A DNA stretch of 41,030 nucleotides from Phoronis australis. Its lineage: Eukaryota > Animalia > Phoronida. This document shows positions 1 through 11,200 of this stretch, in pieces. Location of the stretch: the NCBI GenBank assembly GCA_002633005.1, contig NMRA01000622.1:202958-243987 (forward strand), in the 5' to 3' direction. Within the stretch, counting starts at the first letter, position 1. Each line of letters opens with the position of its first letter. The notes beneath the pieces are model-generated. The model saw only the letters and a list, made by a program, of their open reading frames with translations, was not told the DNA's origin and did not search any database. The position numbers and the translations under genes are program-made.

Positions 1-40
1 TTGTGCCATGTTCAGTGATGCTGAACATCGTGCAATTGGT

Positions 41-420
41 TTCAAGCGGTTACCTGATGGCCGAATTGATCTAGCTCAATTCTGGTATTTGGGCGTGTCT
101 GGCGGGGGTAACCCACCACTAGATTTGTCTGGCAGTGTTCATTCGTGATACCTGGGCTTACGGTGAAAATTTTGCGACTGTTTTCAAGCGGTTACCTCTT
201 GGATTGATCTAGCTCAATTTTTGTACCCTGTATATGTTCGTCTGGCGGGTAGTCCCCACCACTGAAATTGTCTGGCAGTGGCCAATTTTGATACAGTGGA
301 TTACGTAGTAGGTATCCAAGGCAGTTTGAAGTGGTTACCAGAAAAGTTGATCTAGCTCAATTTTCGAGTGTCATTCTCTTGGCTCCCCTGACCGCACCCG
401 CCAGAGCGAGCCCGCCAGAC
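41..420. repeat. Degenerate ~142-bp tandem repeat array with conserved motif blocks (2 full units + 1 partial)
   Basis: TT(C/G)AAG(C/T)GGTTACC at 41, 183, 326. TTGATCTAGCTCAATT at 66, 204, 347. GTCTGGCGGG..CCCACCACT..TTGTCTGGCAGTG in units 1 and 2. Periods of 142 and 143 are not multiples of 3. Confidence 0.85.
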
Positions 421-1719
421 GGCCATTTCCAAGCATCAGGATACCCATAGAGCACTGTGGCACCAAAGAAAATTGGTTAATACCTTTTCATGCCCAAAAA
501 AGCTCTGGGATCCCGGTCTAACTGTATTCCTGTTTGAATTGATAGTCTGTAAAACTTAACGATCCACCTGCGAAGTCTGGATTGATGAGCCGCTCTAGCT
601 CGTCCTAAGTCGGGATTGCAAGTTTTTATCATGTTGGCGTTTATTACTGAGCGCTCTGTTTCAAAATGAATTATTCTCACCCTAACCAATACTTATATAA
701 AACTGAAACAAAGTCTGTCTCATTAGATGCAATTTGTAATGCCTTTGGAGTGTTCGTGAGTGCACAAAATGATTTGAGAAGCCAGCAATGAATAAATCAT
801 TGCGTTACCGGCTTTCGGTGCAATAAAACTAACTGACGGGACACCGCGAGGCCGTGTGAGCTCATGCTAATTTAGTGTTTGCTGGCAGAAACTGTTGTGA
901 AACAACTCGATTTCCACACCACGACCAGGTGTTAGGGGAATCTTTACACTTACATTACTCAAACAATGATTGTCAATGTACAACTTCTGCCCTGACGGTG
1001 CTGTGGCCAAAGCGGAACTGAATTCGCGGCCCCCGACGAGTAAGTAGATTTGCAGTTTCGTGGCTAATTCATCAACATAATCACGTGCACATTACTTTGG
1101 CTCACTAGTATAGTATTTTCTTGACTGGAAGTTTAGTTTCCACTGAACTTTGGCTGGTTTGTTTGTGATGTCTGATCAGTTTCCGAGCCACTGGCCGGGA
1201 TAATGAGTCAATCCGAACCGGCCGCGACGGGCCTGATCGGGCTCCGAGCCACTGGCCAGGATAACAAGCGTTTTGTGTTTAGAACTCAGAAAATCACAAG
1301 TCTAAACAACACAGATCTAGGTTCTCCTGTCTGTATCTCACTGAAAATACTTCGAAATTATCTCCGAACACACCCCAAACTCCTGCTACGGACCTTATTG
1401 GCCTGCCGAACTTTGTAGGCTACGGTGTATCCAAATACCAATAAATCCGTAAGAGCGAAATAAAACAACACGTTTTTGTAAGAACGCGATGTATTTTTAA
1501 GGGTTTTACATCGAAGTTTGATGATTTATAGGTGCTAAACGATTATTCCAAGTGATAAGCTGACACCAGTAACCCGTGTTGTGAAGTGCTGAACAGAATG
1601 CGTGTGAAACCGATGACGTAATTGGATAATTTCAACTCCTCCGTCTGCCGTCAGGCGTCAGGTAACGCAACCGCACTTGCCGTTATGGAGTAGAACTACT
1701 CGATCTAAATTGATACAAA

Positions 1720-1752
1720 TTAGGTTGTTTTTTGGGTGGCATGCTCCTTTAA
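1720..1752. mobile_element. Orphan terminus of a probable Kolobok/T2-type DNA transposon
   Basis: ...GGGTGGCATGCTCCT-TTAA. The reverse complement TTAA-AGGAGCATGCCACCCAAA has the TTAA-AGG terminus pattern. No partner end found in the window. Confidence 0.35.
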
Positions 1753-4700
1753 ATTAATTCTATGAACCTTCCGCTTACAAGAAGTAAAGGTTTACGAAAA
1801 TTAAGCTGCGACTGAGCAAAAAGTTGGCCAATGGGTCAACAACTGGCAATCTTTCATTCAGAACAGACTCAAAAATCAAGCAAATTCCATTCGTAGCCTT
1901 ACAGACAGCACAAACTTTAAATGCCAAGGCAACCCATCAGGTGCCAATTTTTAACGAAATTGGGGTTGTTAAATTCAACCGTGTCTCAATAAAAAAAACT
2001 AATGAGTGCCACCAAAAATGTACCCGAGGTGTTTGCCGGGGATGCGACTGCTAGAACGACTTCTGGCGAATGTGAGCCAAACTGTCACCGACTCTGGACT
2101 ACTAAATTTCAATATTCGTCTTCAGTTCGTCTGACTTGTTTCCCTTTAATCCCAAATCAATATGTTGAACATGTTCAAAATATTCGGTAGCTCTCACAAA
2201 TCGCGCGACTAAATGACCCAAGTTTCGAAGGTCACCAGACTTGTGATTAAGGACTTTAAAGACGAGTATGACTGTGCATTTAACCAATTATCTGCAAAAC
2301 TAGAGATTGTTAACTCGGTGGAAGTACACATTTGCGCTCAAATGAAAAGCGCGTGGAACTTGACTTTTTATTGACCTGTCATTAACTGGGTCACGCGGCT
2401 ACGTATGTAAAGCAAAATTTCGCAAACGAAGAAAGGCACATTCATGTCAAATCAAACACGATGTCAATAACATGACCAAACTTCGTTTGATAAAAATCAA
2501 GTTGAAATCTAAAAAACTCTTTTACAGTTTTCTACGTTATTGTTTTGTTTTCGTCTTATGCAACTTTTTAGTTTTCATTCATGGAAATCATAAAATTCAT
2601 GTTTTTTTTGTAGCTGCTCATTTGAAAAAGGAATATTTAAAAAACAATTTCTTATATCCTTTGTAGAACTGTGCATTAAGCATAGTGTCCAAAGGTTTCT
2701 TAGAAATCCGATCAACCATTTCTGAGATATGATGTTCCGAAGTGAGCCAAATTTGGGCATTTTTCTACGGTCCTACATCATGACGTTAACATTCAGGTGA
2801 AAATTCCTAAACTGCTGCCGCGGTGCTTAAGAATATTACCACCCTAATCTGGTCTTGAATTTACCAAACGAGGAGACAGGTTAAGCCTCTGGCAAGTACT
2901 AATGCGTTCATGCACCATTTTTAAATTCGTGAATGCGTTGTTGGTCATTTCCCATAAACTCTGAAGCGTTTTATGAGTCGTGATGGTTTCGACCTTCTTG
3001 TTTACGGAAATAGAGTCATATCATGGTAAGGAATTCTATGAGACGGCTAAACAGGGCGACGTGTAGCTAGTTAAGAATGCGATATCACTGCACATATACG
3101 AACTGTGAAGCGAAATTAACTTTCTCAGGAATTTAGACAGCGAAATGCGAAAAAACATTTCAAGGACACTGCACAATTGACCGAAATAGGCTACCGCTTA
3201 CTGTGATCGTAAGCAATTAGTTCATGATGAAGCTTTGAAATTTAGGCTTCGTACATTAGTATCTTGGCTATGAGCAGCAGATGACAGGAGGTTAATTACA
3301 CTACTTCTGGGGTCCTTTGGGGGGATTGTTTATCGATCTTTTCATGTTCTTGATGACACCAACCACCCTGTTTAACGGAAGCAAAAAGTCCCCATAATTA
3401 ACTGAAGTTACATATTTGCAATTAAGATCTTAAATTTGGCCAAATCCAAAAATTGGCAAGAAACAGAACGCCACTACATTTAGAAACAAAAAAAATTCCC
3501 ATCAGGGGTACTGCAAATGGTATTCCAATAGGTTGCATCAAGACATAAAAACACACATTTTGTTTTCTTTTCAATCAAAACGTTGAAGCATTCAAAGGTC
3601 AATGCTCTATGTTTTGTTTATTTATGTCAATCGCCGTTTAGACTATTTTGCCACCACGTTTGCAGAACATATGGTTGAATGTTTGTGTATAGAGGGCAAT
3701 CTGAAACGTTTTCTTTTAAGCAATTAATCAAAGTTTTCAACTATCATCTTGAGTCTTTGTAAGTTGTTTGGTTTTTGCCATCACTACGACATTGCCCTTA
3801 AACAGTCTGAGTAGTCATGTCCTGGTCCATTTTATAAAAACATCCTGGACATATGCAAACCATTTTAAGGACAAAGTTAGGTGATTCCTTTAAGTAGCGC
3901 TGATCTGCCAAAACCTTCGGCTATGAGATAGCTCCGTTTTTAACTAGACGCAACAAAGGAAACAAAGAACATTAAGCAGGAAAGGTTCTACTACGAAATT
4001 AAAGTTTCGATCAAGGATACCAGAGAGCTTGTGTACTCACAGTGACCATACTGTAGCTCTAGATATTTCATGGAGTGATATTAGTTTTGAAATTGCTTAA
4101 CTTTATCTGGACTTTAGCTTACAGTATCAATTAATCTTGAATACTTTGTACTGTAATACTCGTTAGTAAAGGAGTGATTGTCATTGAAATGGTCATAGTC
4201 ATACACAGACATGTATTTAATGAGAAATTATATGTTGTATTACATAATTATCAGACTTGAGTTAACTATTAATTGTGTGCTTTAGATTCACGGTGAAATT
4301 GGTCATATTGGAAAAATATATCAGCATCGGTGAATAAATGGTTGTACTACAAACGCTACAAATCATCTAAACTGATGATCGTCACTTAGTGGTGAAAATT
4401 GGAACTAATATTTAATAGGGTTTTTGAAGCTAAAATCATTAACTAAACGGAAAACGTCAGCATTTGATTTCATCACGTATTTACAGTTATTTCATAGTTG
4501 TAATTGGAGGCACCTTTTCACTATTCAGCTACTCCTAAAGCTAGTGACGATGCAGCACAATGATGCATTTCTAACAACCATCTTCAAATGAACAAATATT
4601 TTTGGCCTCTTTGACCGAAATATCAATGAGTTTATCACTATAAAACTATCTGTTATTGTTCATAGGTAATGGTTTTCACTGGGTTACCAAATTTCCATTA

Positions 4701-5097
4701 CTCCGATTCCAATCAATGCTATTGGTGGAGGTTTAAAATGGCGTTTCACCCTTTCTTGATTGCCGGTTGTATGTCCGCGTGTGTACAACGGCGCCATATG
4801 ACAGTAATAACAACTCGAATACATTATGAAGTTTGCCTAACACAAACACGGCCGTTATGTTTCCTACCTGAAAATATCTATTGACATACATATTATCTGC
4901 TTTACAGTGGATGAACCTTTACAATATTTGTTTAAGCGTATCAACAGTTTGGCTGGATGATCACTCGGAAGGCAACCCTGCAAGTACGCTGACTGGCACG
5001 TGTGACCTGGCTTACACGTTTGCTCTGATTATAGAACATCCGACCACTTAGTTCGGGATAGAACCTACTGCTCGTAGCAGTGGACTAACTGTAAGAG

Positions 5098-5254
5098 ATG
5101 GCACAAAAAGGGAGAACCGATTCGAAAGTTTTGCAGCAACTCCAAACTGGGCCTGTTATCGGTGATGGCGGTTACGTGTTCGCATTAGAAAAGCGCGGTT
5201 ACGTAATGGGCGGTCCGTATACCCCAGAGGCTGTTCTAGAGTATCCCGATGCAG
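5098..5254 (+). CDS. BHMT: BHMT-like exon 1 (MAQKG...[13 protein letters not shown])
   Basis: ATG at 5098; donor GTATGT at 5255, phase 1. Confidence 0.93.
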
Positions 5255-8200
5255 GTATGTGGCCGGCTTTTAAAAATGTTTAATTATATACAAGCAGTGC
5301 AGCACTGAAAAAAGTGGGGGCTATAGTCCCCACCCTTCCCGGCCCCTCCTCTGGTGCATGGCCCATAGACCATGGGCGACGCATCACTGAATGCAGCCCT
5401 GAGTCAGTAGACCAGCAGGGGTCAACCCACGCCGTGGTGGGAATCAGGCGTTCAGCTTTTTATTACAGATTCTATTATTTGGCACTTCGGCAGCCGGTGT
5501 CTCGTTGGCCGCAAAATGAAAACAGAGCCTGTAATAGTGACACCGATTGACTGTCCATTCACATAAATTATGTTTTCAGTTCGTCAGCTTCATCGGGATT
5601 TCCTGAGAGCGGGGTCAGATGTCATCCAGGCCTTCTCGTTCTATGCAACAGGCGATAAACTCAAGAGCGCGACAGGGAAAAGTCATGACGTAAGTACATG
5701 GTGGTGGTAAGCTAAGTGTGCACTGTGAAAGTTCACATGCTAGGAGCATCCAGCAAAATGACTGCCTCAGGGCCTAATGTATGGCGTTATTTCGCGAAGT
5801 CTTAGGTGATTTTGCGAGTTCCTCGCTCATCTATACCGAGCGCACGACTGGTCACCGCAGGCGCGCATGATTTCATCGTCTATATCGCCTCTTGTTTAGT
5901 CCACTGACATGTCGTCTCTGATATTGAAACCGACTGCTTACTCACAGTGTTTATTGCCGTATATAAGAAGCATATCAAGTGTTTGTAGTCAGTCCCTCCA
6001 CTATGAGACTGGATCAGGGACCTGAGATTCGTTTGAAAAATTTTGTTCTTTGGTTGACATTTTTCTCCTGCAAATGACTAGACCGTGCCGGGTCGTAAGT
6101 TGAGAGGTTTATAGAACCACCGCTTTGACCACGTTGGGTGGAAATACTGTTTTGATGTTTTTGATATCACAAACTATTTTATTTTATCAAAGCAAAAAGT
6201 CTCCAACATTAAACGCATATTTCTTAACATCTGACTTTTAGATTTGGCCAATTCTACATATTGGACTTGGAAAGAACATGTTAAAAACAACAAAATTAAA
6301 TGTTCCAAGGATTGATTCTTCCCATAGGTTGCATCAAGTCTTAAAACACGCTTAGTTTTTTATTTGTTCGTAATTAAAATGCAGATCTGAGCCTGAAATT
6401 CCTGGAGTCATCAGCGTTACCTGGTGGTGGAATTTTGAACTACCATTGTCAATTTTAGATAGTTATTGAAGATGCGAATAGAAATGCGATACCAAACTGA
6501 CAATGCTGCCATTTAATTTGACAATACACTATCACAACTTATTTAGTTGTAATTGGAAAGAACTTGGTTTTCCAAAAAATCATTAAACTTACACAGGATG
6601 GTGACAAAGATTCAATATTTTACTGAATTACAGGTCCTCCGTGCCGTTTTTTTTAAGGAATGATTTAACAGTCTGCATTACGTCAATCCAACCTTTATGT
6701 TACTTGGTAAGCTGTGACCATGTTTAATTTAACAAAATTAAAGCAAATCCCAATCTATCAAGAGGAAAACCGGTCTTACTGTTCTATCAAATGAATCAAG
6801 AACAAAACACGTGTTATTTTTGACCATCCAAAAAGAACATCCTCAAATCTGAAAATGTTCGGATTCATTTCAATGTTGATGTAAATTTGTGTTAAAGGAA
6901 AATGCATTTTCTAAAAACAAGTGCAGAGCCCGTACTGCATGAAAAACTATTGCTCGCTTAATCTCCATCATTTTACTTTTCCCATCCCACTTCTTCTTAG
7001 ACCATGCTTCCCCAACCTAAAGATAATGCTGTGTCCTCGGAGTCCGAAACCAATGTTCCCCAAACTTGGAAATCCCTCAAGTCCTTATTTTAATTGATGA
7101 TTTATGCGCTAGTATTATTAATGGCAGATGAAAGGCAATTCCTTCTTGTTTGGCCATTGACACATTTCGGCCTTTACATGTAGATAAGGTGGTGGATTCA
7201 TGACTAAGCTACACGAGGGTGAGGAGACCGCCACTGTGAAGTTTGTTTTTAAATATGGAATAAGCAGACATTGTCGAATATTCGGTATAAATTGCTTCTC
7301 AGGGGTAGATGCTTTTGTTAAAATACATGAACGTAAACTACGACCAGAATGAACGTTTGTTAGCGAACGTAAAATTTTAGGACAGGATATAATAGACTGC
7401 TAACAAAAACTTCTGACTCATCAGTGTTAAACAAATTTAGAATGACACCCGAATTACATCGCTGGTGCAGATTTCGTTCATAACGATACGACATTTATTG
7501 TTGGATAACTTCTTTCTGTATTTCTCGCGTTGTCTAAAAATACTTGTTCGGATCGCATCTGTGTAGTAGCTCCCCGAGCAACATCGTTAAAAGAACAAAC
7601 GATAGAAAATTTCTTTTAAAAATTTTATTAAACCGCACAAAGTCTGCACCAGAGAGGCACTACTGCCGAGTTATACCAAATTACATCGAAACAAGTATCC
7701 ACAGAGTGGGGGAAGCATCGATAAGATAGAGCATCGGAGGCCAGGAATTTCTTAAGAACATTGCGAAGGGAGGGTATTAAGATAGGGGGACATTGGCTTT
7801 GGAAAGCAACGGTAGCCTACCGTGAACATTGAGATGGGGAATCATTATTGGGGGGACTTCGGAGGAGGCGAAAACCATTATGGACCAGAAAAAAGGGTAA
7901 CTAAACAATTTTAAATGAAATAGAAAATCATACCTTTGTCCTCAAAACTGAAGTTACGGCAAAATGAGTTTCTGCAAGTTCGTCTATGTAATATATTTAA
8001 AAAATTTTTCACTGGTTGTAGTGGTAACAGTATTTAACCAAATCCATCAAGATTTCGAACACTGAAAAGGTCGGCATTGGTGTTCAAAGAGGATTAAATT
8101 TACATTTCTGCAAGTGTTCCTAGACGGAAAATACTTCAATTGTTGACAGAATGTATAATAGCGAATGGATTACCTTACTGATAATGAGTGTACTACGTGT

Positions 8201-11200
8201 ATTTTTGATGAGGCTAAGAAATCAGAGGTGCACGCACTTAGAATATCCATCCAAGTTAGTAACGGCGATTGTTTAAACAACAGAAAGTTTGATCTAAATT
8301 ACGTAAATCAGAAAAAAAGTCTAGTTCCACAAGAAAAATGAAAGTGCAACATGGCATGATCACAGGATTAAAAGACTGGACTGCAACCCACGGCCTATTG
8401 TGTAGAATGCCATCGAAAACTATTAAACCCCTTAAGCGCAGTCAGTGGTCATGAAGACTCGTTTGCACTTTCAAAGCTACATGTACATGTATGTTGCGAA
8501 ACCTCTGTAGACTAAACATGGACACTTCTTCAAAATGTCATTTGACCTAGTCCTCATATAGCTCCAGAAGATAAAATATCATGATGTCTTGAGACCTTCT
8601 CGGCACAGAAATTTGATATTTTGCCAAGCTAAATTCTTGATCCTGTTGCCAAGCAACAAGAAAGTGCTGTTTGATTCTAATCTGGGTAAAAGCAATCGCG
8701 ACTAACACGCAAGATGTAATCGTTTGGCAAAAGACGATTTTATTAGCAGATTTACGGGAACTAGACTAATAGTTGTGTGCTTACATGTGGGGCAAAGACC
8801 ACAGTTCGTGTGTCTGATTTTAACGTTATCACTGGTCTGGGTCAATGAAAGCCCTTGTTTGCACCGTGTCTCAAGACACATGAAGCAGGCACAACTGACA
8901 AAGCACTGTCTATGAGGTTTCTCAAAGATGACGAAATTCAAAAAACCATGTTTCTCTTGCAATCTAGATTCCAGAAATTTAGGTTAAAGTGTGTCATTAC
9001 GAACCTGATTTTTAATTATGCGCCCACATATTTATATGTGGACGCATTATGCCGTCATCTCCGTCCGTCCGTACGGGCGGCGTCCGTCCGGCGTCCGGCG
9101 TCCGCTGCTCTATCTCCAAAACCCTTTGACATATGTTCATGAAATTTGGCACATATGTTCCATTCATGAATGGGACGGCATGTGCGAACTTTCGGACGGA
9201 TCCGACTACCGGTGTGCCCCCTAGTGGCAATTTTAGTTTTTTACGCTTACCTTTGTATCTTCAAAAGTCCTGAACGGATTTTCATGAAATTTGGTATGTA
9301 GGCACCTATTAGTGAGATGACGCTATCCTACTGTTTTCAGATGGATTCGACGTAGTTTGCGCCACCTAGTGGCCATTTTTACTGTTTTCGAGTCTGTATT
9401 TTTGCGTCCACCCCTCTATCAACCAAACCGCTCAAAGGATGATTGTGAAAATTGCCGTGTATGTGCTTACTATAAGGAAGACAGCTGACAATGATTTTCA
9501 GACGATTTGGACTACTGTGGCGCCTCCTAGTGGCAGTTTTGTTTTTTTGCACCCATGGCTGTATCTCCCAAACCGTTCGCAGGATCTTTACTAAATTTAG
9601 CAAGTGTATTTATGTGATGTTGACAACGGACGATGACGACTTTAGGATGATTCTGACTACCGGTATGCCTCTAGTGGCAATTTTAGTATTTCACATTGAC
9701 CTCTGTATTTTCATAGGTCTTCAGGTGTATACTTTGTGTTACTTCGTGACTATGAAGGAAAAGTTCCAAGTAGAAATTTGTTTCTGGCATTCTAATGCTG
9801 TGCTAATCTCGTATGTTGGTAAATTTGTTTTTAATTCTATGTTTCTGTGGTGCTTTAAGCAACTGATGCATAGGATGTGCTTGTATTATGAAGATCTCTC
9901 ACATTTTGAAACCTAGCCTATTGAGGAGACAATGACCATGCCTTTCCATTTTGCAAAGTACAACATACTACATATATGCCCTCTACTGGCCACTTTATGG
10001 TACCAATAAACAACCCTAGAAGGATACCGTATACGGTGCAATTGTGGGCGCATTTCAACGCTCTGCGTTGCTCTTGTTTTTAGGTGGGTGAAGGGTACCT
10101 CTATTCGCGCCAAAATAATCAACACTGAACAGGAGAGACTGCTCAGAAAATGACAGGACTTCCGTTTCTGGGGAGACAAGAGCCAAGGCCAAATTTCTGG
10201 AATCCATTTACTCAAAACAACTTCAAGGAACTACTGAATAGCGCCTTTGGTAGTCAATTCTGCTTAGTCCACTGACAAATTTTCCGTCAAACCTGACCCA
10301 CTCCATTTTCTTCGTTTTGGGGCGAGCTACAAAAGCCTGAACCGTGGTTTTAGAACAAACTCATGCTCATTATATGCCTGTAGCGACATCTGCCACCCGT
10401 CTTACGTGTACATGTAGTTTGCTCTGTATCAGGTTACTGAACTCAATGAAAAAGCATGCGAGTTGGCGCATGAAGTGGCGGATCCAGACGGTGTGTTCGT
10501 GTGTGCGGGAGTGTCACCAACGCCCATGTACAGTGACGACTGTGGAACCAAAGAAACTGTGCAAGCTGAGTTTCAGAAGCAAGTAGACGCCTTCATGAAC
10601 CATAACATCGATTTCGTGCTAGCTGAGGTATGTTGCGCTATATTGCAGACTGCATTATGACTAAGTCGTCGTTGCTGCTCTATCTGCTTTTCTTCAAACT
10701 CTTACACATGCTAATATGCATACCATCGTCTACAAAACCAACAAACATTTAAACTGAAATAAAAAGTAAGCTATCAGACAAATTCACAAGCATGTCAATC
10801 CACAATATTAATTGTCGTTAATTGTCACCAAAACTAGATGCATGGTTTATCTAAAAATAAATAAATAAATAAATACCTCAGCTTAATTAGCATAAACAGT
10901 CGAAACCTTACTTTTGTTAAAACATTTAATTGTTTGGGGAGAAGCGTTTGATCGTTGATCTACGCTCACGTAACTTTTGTTCTCACCTGATTAATTGCTG
11001 GCTACATGTATATGTGAACCATTGTTGAATAAACGCTATATTTTTAATTTCTAACTTAAAAATATGTAGACTAAAGGTATGGTAATTTGGTGTTGCTCGA
11101 TGTCAACGCTTTTGCAGCCAGTGTAAGGATATGCAATTACAAAGTCGTGTGTAAATAGCTAAGAACACTGATATGAAGCGGCTACGTCTCTGCTTGTTCC

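Noticed and set aside
41-420. CRISPR array or coding repeat
   Set aside because: Eukaryotic context, several conserved blocks per unit rather than repeat-spacer, no cas genes, and a period not divisible by 3.
860-1090. Minus-strand GQKLYIDNHCLS resembling a piggyBac DDD motif
   Set aside because: Single short match with no other piggyBac motifs or CCC termini.
4995-5040. BHMT core promoter (CACGTG E-box, TTATAGAA)
   Set aside because: Short motifs expected by chance; transcription start unknown.
3379-6620. Similar AT-rich segments on both sides of BHMT exons 1-2 (3379-3570 vs 6190-6360; 4483-4513 vs 6534-6563) as a duplicated regulatory region
   Set aside because: More simply two decayed copies of one TE family; boundaries and TSDs could not be defined.
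9491-9916. 141-aa hydrophobic ORF resembling a membrane protein
   Set aside because: Lies within the tandem repeats of the Helentron-type element; T-rich artefact.
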